Origin: Clostridia bacterium
GTDB taxonomy: Bacteria > Bacillota > Clostridia > Oscillospirales > CAG-272
Length of the DNA: 37,085 nt
Direction of reading: 5' to 3'
NCBI GenBank assembly: GCA_017453405.1
Contig: JAFTKF010000148.1
Coordinates: 1-37,085 of the forward strand
A program made the position numbers and the translations under genes. Shown here piece after piece: positions 23,771 through 31,692 of this stretch (its first letter is position 1; each line of letters begins with the position of its first letter). Below the pieces are notes generated by a model. It was not told the origin of the DNA. It made no database searches and was given only the letters and a program-made list of their open reading frames with translations.

Positions 23771-25011
23771 AGCACCGTTTTCTCGTCCTCTGCGTGCTTT
23801 TGCTTCTTTTCGCTGTGACGCTCTCCCTCGTCGCTTGCAACGATACCCCTGCGACAAGCACGCCCACCACAAGCGCGTCCTCCGTAAGCACACCCGAAAC
23901 CACCGAAGCACCCCCTTCGACAGATGCCGTCGATGAAGCCTTCCGACGCACGTTTGCCGCAGACTGGTCTAAGTATCTGGTTCACAAGGAAAGCCTGTGC
24001 CTTGATATGTCCTGGATGCTTTCGTATGTGGAAGCCTTTTATGAACAGCCAAGCCTTTCCACACTGACCAACGCAAGAGCCGCCCTCGGTTCTCTGGAAG
24101 CACATTGGGCAGAGCTCAGCTTTCCCACCTACACGCTCACGCCCGAACAGCACACCGAGCTTATCGCGGCAGGCTATGATGTGAGCGGCATATGGGAGGA
24201 AATGAATCGCTGGGAGAGCAGTATGACAGAATTTCTTGACACCTGCCAGATCCTTTTTTCCGACCTTTACTTCAACGCCTTCTTCACGCCCTCCTTTCAG
24301 GGCTGTCAAAAATATACCCAAAATGCCATCACAGGTGTGGAGATCACGCTGGAGCAATTGGCGGTATTTACCGACAACGTGATCCTTTCTCTGAAAAGCG
24401 AGACCATCAGAGACGACTTTTTGGCATTCATTCAGGAGAACACGCCTGCCGTGGCAAAGTATTTGCCCGCATTCTCCCAAACGCTTTCGGCAAATGCCGA
24501 ACGTCAGGAGGCGGTGCTCGATAAGCTGGAAGCCAATATCAACGAGCTGAACACGATCGTGGGTGAGCTTACGGTCGCGGCAGATCAGCTTGCCGATCTC
24601 TTCGCCACCAATAATATCGAACAGCTCACCGCATCGCTCGTCGATCTCGGGGACGGTTTTTGTTTCCCGCTTCCCTTCTTTGATTACAGCAAGGACACCT
24701 TCTTCTATTTCTATTCGGACGGTGACACTCAGGATATCTTCGCCCCCCAAGCACCCATCACCCTGACACCGAACCGTTTGGTGATCGAATCGGCGGTTTC
24801 CAAAGAAGACCATACAGAGTATCTTGAAATCTTACTCTTGCTCGGCTTCACCCCCGTCCTCACCGACGACAGCGATACAGCCCTCCTCTCTTACTACAAG
24901 CTTGACGACGACAACAGCGTCCTGATTGAGTGGGAAGATCAGGTGATGACCTTCATCATTGTCGGCGCGGATATTTATCCTCTCCCGCAGTACTGCTTCT
25001 ACGCTTCCTGA
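23767..25011 (+). CDS. Lipoprotein of unknown function, translationally coupled to the kinase-NACHT gene
   Basis: ATGA overlap at 23767-23770, with RBS AAGGAGA. MKHRFLVLCVLLLLFAVTLSLVAC carries a lipobox, followed by a Thr/Ser/Pro linker, then a helical region and a beta-rich tail. Confidence 0.75.
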   Translation: MKHRFLVLCVLLLLFAVTLSLVACNDTPATSTPTTSASSVSTPETTEAPPSTDAVDEAFRRTFAADWSKYLVHKESLCLDMSWMLSYVEAFYEQPSLSTLTNARAALGSLEAHWAELSFPTYTLTPEQHTELIAAGYDVSGIWEEMNRWESSMTEFLDTCQILFSDLYFNAFFTPSFQGCQKYTQNAITGVEITLEQLAVFTDNVILSLKSETIRDDFLAFIQENTPAVAKYLPAFSQTLSANAERQEAVLDKLEANINELNTIVGELTVAADQLADLFATNNIEQLTASLVDLGDGFCFPLPFFDYSKDTFFYFYSDGDTQDIFAPQAPITLTPNRLVIESAVSKEDHTEYLEILLLLGFTPVLTDDSDTALLSYYKLDDDNSVLIEWEDQVMTFIIVGADIYPLPQYCFYAS

Positions 25012-25041
25012 CGCGCCCCATCACAAGAACTGCATAAAAAC

Positions 25042-25083
25042 GGTTGCACACGCCCCCAACGGGACTGTGCAACCCTTTTTTTA
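25042..25083 (+). terminator. Rho-independent terminator
   Basis: ggttgcaca (25042-25050) pairs with tgtgcaacc (25066-25074), followed by cttttttt. Confidence 0.75.
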
Positions 25084-25113
25084 TTGTGTTCTCCCCTCTC
25101 TCCGCCGGTTTTT

Positions 25114-25138
25114 CCAAGCGGAAACGCTTTTTAAAACC
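25114..25138 (+). repeat. 25-bp perfect direct repeat, right copy
   Basis: Identical to 20705-20729. Confidence 0.95.
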
Positions 25139-25160
25139 TGCAAGCTCGCTGTGCTACAAT
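25131..25160 (+). promoter_or_regulatory. Extended -10 promoter (TGCTACAAT) with a weak -35
   Basis: tacaat at 25155-25160 with TG at 25152-25153. The candidate -35, ttaaaa (25131-25136), lies inside the 25-bp repeat. Confidence 0.45.
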
Positions 25161-25279
25161 GAAGTCACCAAAGCAAAAGAAACAAACGTACCGGAAACAC
25201 CTTTTAAAAAAGCAAAAAGACTTGTGCTAAACTACAGTCACAAACACAAAAGACCACAAATCAAAAAGGAGAAATACAA

Positions 25280-25702
25280 ATGAAAACGAGAACGATCGTA
25301 TGCAGCACCACTTCGGAACAGGAGATCATAAACGCCGCCAGAACCTACTTCCTCGAAGAAGGCTTTGACATTCAGGATGTCATCACCGAAAACGGCGAGA
25401 TCGGCATTCAGGCTCGCAAGAGCAGCTGGATCCGCAAATGCTCGGGCACATCCTACGCCCTGCAGGTCATTGTCAGCCATCCGTCCGAAAACCGCTATGT
25501 CGTCACCGCAGGCTGGGGCGAATGGTTTCTGAAAAGCACCGTAGCCACCTTTGCAACCTTTATCGCCCTGTGGTGGATGATCATTCCGTCCGTCGTCGGT
25601 ATGGTCAATCAGGCAAAGCTGCCGAACGCGTGCCTTGACCGTATGAGCGCAACCGTCGCAGAGCAAAATCCGCAGTGCCGGATCTACATTGACGCAAAAT
25701 AA
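25280..25702 (+). CDS. Small membrane protein, paralog A (soluble N-domain, TM segment, Cys-containing tail)
   Basis: RBS AAGGAGA. Shares TENGE..QARK.SW.R...G.SYA, AGWG.W, IP..VG..NQ..LP..CLD and P.CRIY with the 25931-26347 product. Confidence 0.7.
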   Translation: MKTRTIVCSTTSEQEIINAARTYFLEEGFDIQDVITENGEIGIQARKSSWIRKCSGTSYALQVIVSHPSENRYVVTAGWGEWFLKSTVATFATFIALWWMIIPSVVGMVNQAKLPNACLDRMSATVAEQNPQCRIYIDAK

Positions 25703-25764
25703 CAAAAACTCGCGATCCCTTCACCAATCACCAACCGTATACCGATAACAAAGGAGTATTGACT

Positions 25765-25902
25765 ATGACACAGATCTATAAGAATATCGCAAGACTGATC
25801 CCCCGCGCAACCGCAGGAGACCCGACCGCACTGGCTCTACTTGCCGCCTTGGGCGTTTGCGCCTTGGGCAAGTACATTTACGACACTGTCAAAGACAGCT
25901 AA
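25765..25902 (+). CDS. 45-aa micro-ORF, predicted single-pass membrane peptide
   Basis: Below the ORF-track cutoff. RBS AAGGAG lies 8 nt upstream of the ATG. MTQIYKNIARLIPRATAGDPTALALLAALGVCALGKYIYDTVKDS. It sits between the two paralogs. Confidence 0.4.
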   Translation: MTQIYKNIARLIPRATAGDPTALALLAALGVCALGKYIYDTVKDS

Positions 25903-25930
25903 CCCGATCAAAAGAAAAAGGAGACTACCG

Positions 25931-26347
25931 ATGAAAAAAATAATTGTCAAATGCAACACCACCGAGGAAGAGATCCTGCAAAGCGCCACCGCCTATTATG
26001 AAAGCCTCGGCTACGAAACCCAGCAGTGTGTGACCGAAAACGGCGAGACTTGTATGCAAGCCCGAAAAACAAGCTGGGTCCGCAACGCCACAGGCATGTC
26101 CTATGCCATTCGCCTGGTCGTTCGCCGCACCAAGGACAACAGCTACGAGCTGAGCGCGGGATGGGGCAAGTGGGCGGATAAGGTCATCGTGGGAGGCATC
26201 GCCGTGTTCATCGCCTTCGGCGTTCTTGTGATCCCCACCTGCGTCGGCATCATCAATCAGATCAGACTGCCCAAGCAATGCCTCGACTATGTTTCCCAAG
26301 CATTGAAGCTTGCGCATCCCGAATGCAGAATCTATCAGGTGGTATAA
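25931..26347 (+). CDS. Small membrane protein, paralog B
   Basis: Start at MKKIIVKCNTTEEEIL after RBS AAGGAGA. The track's upstream extension overlaps the micro-ORF. Confidence 0.7.
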   Translation: MKKIIVKCNTTEEEILQSATAYYESLGYETQQCVTENGETCMQARKTSWVRNATGMSYAIRLVVRRTKDNSYELSAGWGKWADKVIVGGIAVFIAFGVLVIPTCVGIINQIRLPKQCLDYVSQALKLAHPECRIYQVV

Positions 26348-26373
26348 ATTCACCCCACCCGACAGCACAGCGT

Positions 26374-26406
26374 AACACCCCGACAAGACGGTCTTGTCGG
26401 GGTGTT
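26374..26406 (+). terminator. Terminator-like hairpin
   Basis: caccccgacaag pairs with cttgtcggggtg. The U-tract is weak. Confidence 0.55.
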
Positions 26407-26443
26407 GCCGTATCCGTGATACGTTCTCCACAGAAGCCTGCTC

Positions 26444-26472
26444 TTGCTTTTCGGGGAATCTTGTGATAGAAT
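26444..26472 (+). promoter_or_regulatory. Promoter TTGCTT-17-TAGAAT
   Basis: ttgctt at 26444-26449 and tagaat at 26467-26472. This excludes the track start at 26444. Confidence 0.55.
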
Positions 26473-26512
26473 AAAGAAAACTCCGACGACCCAATCAAAA
26501 GGAGAGGCAACT

Positions 26513-29239
26513 ATGAACGATCAGAAAACCCTAACCGATACGACCCCAAGAGCCACAGGACTTTCTGCCTATGCGCTACGGGTAAACGGACTGCACGCAC
26601 CGATGGGAATCGACAGCGAGATCCGTTTTTCCTGGCTTCTGCGCGGCGAAGGCTATCATCGATCGCAAAGCGCCTATCGCATTCTGGTTTCCTCTTCTCT
26701 AAAAAAGGCAGAATGTCTGTGCGGCGACCTTTGGGATTCCGGAAAAACCGAAGATGACAGCAATTACGATATTGCCTATCGCGGCAAGCCCCTGACATCC
26801 CGCAGCCGTTATTACTTCCGCGTTGCCGTTTGGGATGAAAACGGCAGGGCGGGAGACTTTGGCGAGATCGGCGTGTTTGAAACCGGTATCCTGCATCCGA
26901 GCGAATGGCAGGGCATCTGGATCACCGCGCCCCGTGAGGGGGATGGGACGGAATCAGCCCCGATGTTCAGAAAAACCTTTTTGCTAAGAAGCACGCTTGC
27001 GTCTGCCCGCCTTTATCTTTCGGGCTTGGGGCTGTATGAAGTCAAAATCAACGGCGCTTTTGCAGATGATACCGTTTTGAATCCCGCCCATACGCAATAC
27101 GAGGACACCGTTCACTATCGGGTATTCGATCTCAGTACCCTTCTGACAAGCGGGAGCAATGTCCTGACCGTAGAGCTTGGTGACGGTTTTTATCACAACG
27201 ATGTGGGTGTATGGAATTGGCAAAACGCCGTTTGGCGGGATCGTCCGAAGCTTCGCGCGATGCTGTATCTGACTTACGCGGACGGTACGGAGGATACCAT
27301 CGTCACCGATGAAAGCTGGCGGGTGAAGACCGACGGTCCGATCCTTTCAAACAATATTCTTTTGGGCGACCGTTATGATGCAAGACGGGAGGAGGGCGGT
27401 TGGCTGAATGCCGATTTTGACGACAGCCATTGGGCGTTTGCCACCGCCGCCGCAGAGCCGCAAGGCAAGCTTGTTTTCGGAGAAATGGAGCCTATGCGCC
27501 GCCTGCAAAGCTTTGTGCCCGAGGTGAGTCGCCTGAGTGACGGCACGTATCTGATCAAAGCCCCCGTGATGACGACCGGCTGGGTGAAGCTTTGCCTCGA
27601 CGCCCCCGAAGGCGAAACGATCACGGTCACCTACGGCGAACAGCTGCAAAAGGACGGCTATCTGAAAAAGCCAACCGATTTCGGTATTGCCTTTCAGATC
27701 GATCACTATACCGCCAAGGGTGTCAAGGGAGAATGCTATGAGCCGAAGTTCAGTTATAAAGGCTATCGCTATGTGCAGGTAGAAAACTACAGCGGCAGTC
27801 TTACGCCCGAGGATGTCACCTGTTATTTCATTGCCAACGATGTGGCATCAAGTGCCACGCTTGAAACGGGAAACGCGCTGATCAACCGCCTGCACTTAGC
27901 AATGCGCCGCACCGTGCATAACAATCTGCAGGGCAAGCCCACCGATACCCCCGTATGGGAGAAGAACGGTTGGACGGGGGATTTTCACGTATCCTTGGAA
28001 TCCATCTGCTTCAACTACGCCATCTTGCCCTTCACCCTCAAATTCCTGAAGGATCTGGAGGATGCCGCCGATGAAAGGGGCGTTGTCCCCGTGATCGCGC
28101 CCACGGCAAACTGGGGGCTGGGTAATCAGGTGGTATGGAACGGCGTTCTGATCAATGCGGTATATGAGATGCTATGCTTTTACGGCTCTCGCAGTACGGT
28201 GGAACGCTTCTGGCAAGCGATGACAAGGCAGGTGGCGGCATATCTTTGTGAGCTTGAAAAACGGGATCTGATCTGGCAAAACGATCAGCTTGCCGACTGG
28301 GTAGCGCCCTTTGGCGGTATGGACCCCGATGCCCCCACTGCCGCCTGCCCCTCGGAAGGCTCTTCGATCTGCGGAACGGGTTATGTCTATCTGATCCTTT
28401 CGCGAATGGCGGAAATGGCAAGCCTTTTGGATAAGCAGGAAGAAGCGGCATTTTACAAAAAAAGCGCCGAGAGACTTTACACCGCCTTCCATAACGCCTT
28501 CTATAACGCCGAAAAGGGCATATACGAAAGTGCCTTCTGGGACGGTTCTTCCTCCCGTAGCCGATACCGTCAGACATCAAACCTAGTCCCCCTTGCCTTC
28601 GGGCTCTGCCCCGAGGAGCACCGCGGTCGCGTGATCGAAAATCTGGTGCGTGATATTGCCGCCAAAAACAATCACCTTGACACCGGTATGGTGGGAACGA
28701 AGCTGTTACTCCCGATCCTCAGCGAGGCAGGACATCACGAGCTTGCCGTAGACATCCTCACCAACACCACCTATCCCTCTTGGGGCTACTGGATCGAGCA
28801 GGGCTCGGATACCACGTGGGAGGGCTTTGAAAACACCGCGCGCTCGCACAATCACTATTTTCTCGGTACATACGACGAATGGCTGTTCCGCTATCTTGCG
28901 GGCGTTCACGATATGACCGATGGCTTCAAGACCGTAACACTCTTTCCGAGAATCACACCGCGCGTGGGTTATGTCCGTTGTCACTTACAAACGGTGCGAG
29001 GCGAGCTTGTCAGCGACTGGGAGCTGCAAAAAGACAGCTCTCTTCTGATAAGACTTCGCATACCGATCGGAACAACCGCAAGGGTGATCCTTCCCTGCCG
29101 GGATGCTTCCTTTCTGAAAACACAAGGCGCTCTTTTCTCCCCCGATGCATACGCTTTTGAAAACAACCGCCTTGCCCTGACGCTGGAGAGCGGCAACTAC
29201 CGTTTTCTTATTACCCCCGAGGGTGTCGTCACGGGCTGA
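26513..29239 (+). CDS. GH78 alpha-L-rhamnosidase
   Basis: Start at MNDQKTL after RBS AAAGGAGAG. LRVNGLHAPMGIDSEIRFSWLL is a typical N-terminus for this family. Also GKPTDTPVWEKNGWTGD and an (alpha/alpha)6 catalytic region. Confidence 0.85.
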   Translation: MNDQKTLTDTTPRATGLSAYALRVNGLHAPMGIDSEIRFSWLLRGEGYHRSQSAYRILVSSSLKKAECLCGDLWDSGKTEDDSNYDIAYRGKPLTSRSRYYFRVAVWDENGRAGDFGEIGVFETGILHPSEWQGIWITAPREGDGTESAPMFRKTFLLRSTLASARLYLSGLGLYEVKINGAFADDTVLNPAHTQYEDTVHYRVFDLSTLLTSGSNVLTVELGDGFYHNDVGVWNWQNAVWRDRPKLRAMLYLTYADGTEDTIVTDESWRVKTDGPILSNNILLGDRYDARREEGGWLNADFDDSHWAFATAAAEPQGKLVFGEMEPMRRLQSFVPEVSRLSDGTYLIKAPVMTTGWVKLCLDAPEGETITVTYGEQLQKDGYLKKPTDFGIAFQIDHYTAKGVKGECYEPKFSYKGYRYVQVENYSGSLTPEDVTCYFIANDVASSATLETGNALINRLHLAMRRTVHNNLQGKPTDTPVWEKNGWTGDFHVSLESICFNYAILPFTLKFLKDLEDAADERGVVPVIAPTANWGLGNQVVWNGVLINAVYEMLCFYGSRSTVERFWQAMTRQVAAYLCELEKRDLIWQNDQLADWVAPFGGMDPDAPTAACPSEGSSICGTGYVYLILSRMAEMASLLDKQEEAAFYKKSAERLYTAFHNAFYNAEKGIYESAFWDGSSSRSRYRQTSNLVPLAFGLCPEEHRGRVIENLVRDIAAKNNHLDTGMVGTKLLLPILSEAGHHELAVDILTNTTYPSWGYWIEQGSDTTWEGFENTARSHNHYFLGTYDEWLFRYLAGVHDMTDGFKTVTLFPRITPRVGYVRCHLQTVRGELVSDWELQKDSSLLIRLRIPIGTTARVILPCRDASFLKTQGALFSPDAYAFENNRLALTLESGNYRFLITPEGVVTG

Positions 29240-29245
29240 ATACAC

Positions 29246-29293
29246 CAAAAACCAATCCCATCAAGCCTCGGCTTGTATGCGGATTGGTTTTTG
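29246..29293. terminator. Bidirectional terminator between the convergent rhamnosidase genes
   Basis: caaaaaccaatcc (29246-29258) pairs with ggattggtttttg (29281-29293), with an inner hairpin caagcc/ggcttg. Confidence 0.75.
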
Positions 29294-29295
29294 TA

Positions 29296-31440
29296 TTACA
29301 CGAGCGATTCTTTGGATATGACCGTTTTGCCGACGGGCGCAACGGTACGTTTATTTTCAAGAATCACCTCAATGGGAAACTCGGTTTCTACCGTAACGGT
29401 GCCGTCTTCCACGCGCACAGAAAGGCTTCCCTGCGAAAGCGTAAGACTTCCCTGCGCATAGGCAAGCCCCGTATTCAGACTGGGCGCAAGAAACACGTTG
29501 CCGCCCGACAGCTTCACGCCGAGAATTCCGGTAAACAGCGTGTGCACGCAACCGCCGAACATATGGTGATTGTGGCTTGCGTGAACAGAGTCCATACATT
29601 CCCACAAGGTGGTCGCGCCGTGCTTGCGCATAAAGTGAAAGCCCACCGTTTCGCTGTCGCTTCCCATCAGCTTGACGGCAAGATCCCCCCGTCCAAGCGC
29701 AAAGAGCTGATCGCAAAGGATCTCGGTTGCAAGAAAGCCGGTGTCAAAGGTATCCCTCGCTTCATAGCGGCGCAGTAAGGCTTCCCGAAGCCCGTCTCCC
29801 GTAAGCCCTGCCCAAAGCGCAAAGGCATCCGCGCCCTGTTCGCCCTCAAGATAACTGCCGTTCTGATAAAAAGCGTCAAACAACGCCTTTTTGTGAAGCT
29901 CCTTTTGCCCCTGCAGTTCGGGCGTGTCGATCGAAAGCCTTGCGGATATTTCCTCCATCAGGGAAATCGCCTTCACAAGACAAGCGGTATTGACAAATTC
30001 CGCAGGCAATCGGGTCTCGGAAGGGGCGCACCAGTCGCCAAGACACCAACCGCCCGCTTCCTCGCGCACCACAAGTCCGTTTTCACAGCGGCTTTCAAGA
30101 TACGAAAGCCAGCGAAGCATTGAAGGAAACGCGCCTCGCAAAAGCGCCTCGTCGCCGAACACCTTGTCATATTGATACACAACGAATACAATGGCACAGC
30201 CCCATCCGCCCGGACCGCCACCGCCGCCGCCAAAGGGAGCGGTATGCTGTACGTGTCCGCTCTTTTGGCACTGACAGTCCAGAATATCGTCGATCCACTT
30301 GCGGTAAGCTTCGCGGGAACGAAGCGTCAGCATTCCCGCAAGAGACGTAACCTGACCGTCTCCCGTATAGCCCAAGCGCTCTCTGTGCGGACAGTCGGAC
30401 GGGATCGAGCCGTGAAAATTGGACAAAAGCGAGCGAAGAAAGGCGTCGTACAGCCAATTGACCGTCTCATTGGAGCAGGAAAACGAGGATGTGACGGGAA
30501 GGTCGGTATGAATGACCTCCACCGTAAGCGAAAGCACCTGACAGTTTCCCTCCACCTTGAAATAGCGAAAGCCGTGATAGGCAAATTCGGGGCAAAGCGT
30601 CTGTTCGCCGCCACTCAAAATATACCGATCCTGCTGCAGCTGAGGCATACCGCTTTGACAGCGGTATCCGCCGCCGCACGAGGCGTGATCAAGATCGTTT
30701 TCACAAATCTCCTCGGCGTGGAAAACGCTGACGGTATCGCCTGCGCTTCCGCGGACGGTCAAGCAGACTCTGCCGCTCACATTTTCTTTGGCATCATATA
30801 AGCCTCCGCCCAAGGACGCGGGAACGATATGCCGAATCACACGATCGGGTGGGCAGGTCTGCCGAACAAGCGTACCCAAGCGGCTTCCGTCAAACAAATA
30901 CGTGGGCGCTTCGGGAAGGGGCGAGCGGAACATTCGGGTATCGATCACATCCCCCAAAAAAAGATTGCTTTCCAAGATCGGATACACGAAGCAGTCCTCA
31001 CTGCCATCCGAATATACCGTTTGGCGAGTTCCGGAAGCGTCCTCGATCTCTATCGTAAACCACGCGCAAAGTGTGTCGCTGTAGTCGGTCTTTCCCTCGG
31101 CGATCCGCTCCGGCTGACGAAACCATCCGTTTCCCACCACCACTTCGAGCGTATTTTCACCCGAGGAGACAAACGCCGTGATATCGTATTCAAGATACAA
31201 CACCTTGTGCGTCAGGGTATCGTGAATGGGGTAGGTAAAGCTTGCCGTATCTCTCGGCATATAATCGGTCTGCGCGGGCGTGAACAGATCCCGACTCACG
31301 CGCTGTCCGTTGACGGTAAAAAAGAAATACCCAAGCCCCGTGATCGAAAGCCGCACCCGTTTCGGGGAATCGACAGTAAAGCGCTTGACAAACATCGGGG
31401 TCGTCACCTCGGGACTTGTTGTGATCCATTTTCCTATCAT
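29296..31440 (-). CDS. GH78 alpha-L-rhamnosidase (second, shorter paralog)
   Basis: Start at MIGKWITTSPEV (ATG at 31438-31440), downstream of the promoter at 31471-31499. Motifs: LSITGLGYFFFTVNGQRV, DCPHRERLGYTGDGQ. Confidence 0.85.
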   Translation of the reverse strand: MIGKWITTSPEVTTPMFVKRFTVDSPKRVRLSITGLGYFFFTVNGQRVSRDLFTPAQTDYMPRDTASFTYPIHDTLTHKVLYLEYDITAFVSSGENTLEVVVGNGWFRQPERIAEGKTDYSDTLCAWFTIEIEDASGTRQTVYSDGSEDCFVYPILESNLFLGDVIDTRMFRSPLPEAPTYLFDGSRLGTLVRQTCPPDRVIRHIVPASLGGGLYDAKENVSGRVCLTVRGSAGDTVSVFHAEEICENDLDHASCGGGYRCQSGMPQLQQDRYILSGGEQTLCPEFAYHGFRYFKVEGNCQVLSLTVEVIHTDLPVTSSFSCSNETVNWLYDAFLRSLLSNFHGSIPSDCPHRERLGYTGDGQVTSLAGMLTLRSREAYRKWIDDILDCQCQKSGHVQHTAPFGGGGGGPGGWGCAIVFVVYQYDKVFGDEALLRGAFPSMLRWLSYLESRCENGLVVREEAGGWCLGDWCAPSETRLPAEFVNTACLVKAISLMEEISARLSIDTPELQGQKELHKKALFDAFYQNGSYLEGEQGADAFALWAGLTGDGLREALLRRYEARDTFDTGFLATEILCDQLFALGRGDLAVKLMGSDSETVGFHFMRKHGATTLWECMDSVHASHNHHMFGGCVHTLFTGILGVKLSGGNVFLAPSLNTGLAYAQGSLTLSQGSLSVRVEDGTVTVETEFPIEVILENKRTVAPVGKTVISKESLV

Positions 31441-31470
31441 AGCACACGATCCTTTCTTTGCTTTGTCATC

Positions 31471-31499
31471 ATTATACCACCCCGATCGCCCCTTGTCAA
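31471..31499 (-). promoter_or_regulatory. Consensus promoter TTGACA-17-TATAAT
   Basis: On the minus strand, ttgaca is the complement of 31494-31499 and tataat is the complement of 31471-31476. Confidence 0.7.
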
Positions 31500-31580
31500 T
31501 TCCCAAAGCCATAGCCGCCATCCCAAAGATCATCACCACTTGCGGCAAATCCGCTCTCGGCAAAACTGAATGATACACAC

Positions 31581-31622
31581 AAAAAAGTAACCCCCGACAG
31601 ACCGTCAAAAATCTGTCGGGGG
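31581..31622 (-). terminator. Rho-independent terminator of the GH43 gene
   Basis: cccccgacag (31591-31600) pairs with ctgtcggggg (31613-31622). On the minus strand the stem is followed by ttactttttt. Confidence 0.75.
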
Positions 31623-31692
31623 TATCGGTTTCTTCACACAGAAAAGCTTTGCCGCTGCCATAAGAGAGCCGCTGTTTTCTCTTTCCTGAGGA

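Noticed and set aside
23749-24813. 354-aa ORF on the - strand
   Set aside because: It is antisense to the lipoprotein gene, which has an RBS, a lipobox and translational coupling. The sequence is compositionally biased (Gly/Arg/Cys) with no recognisable motif.
20705-25138. Calling the repeat-flanked cassette a mobile element
   Set aside because: No integrase, transposase, recombinase or terminal inverted repeats are visible. It is reported as a repeat-bracketed cassette only.
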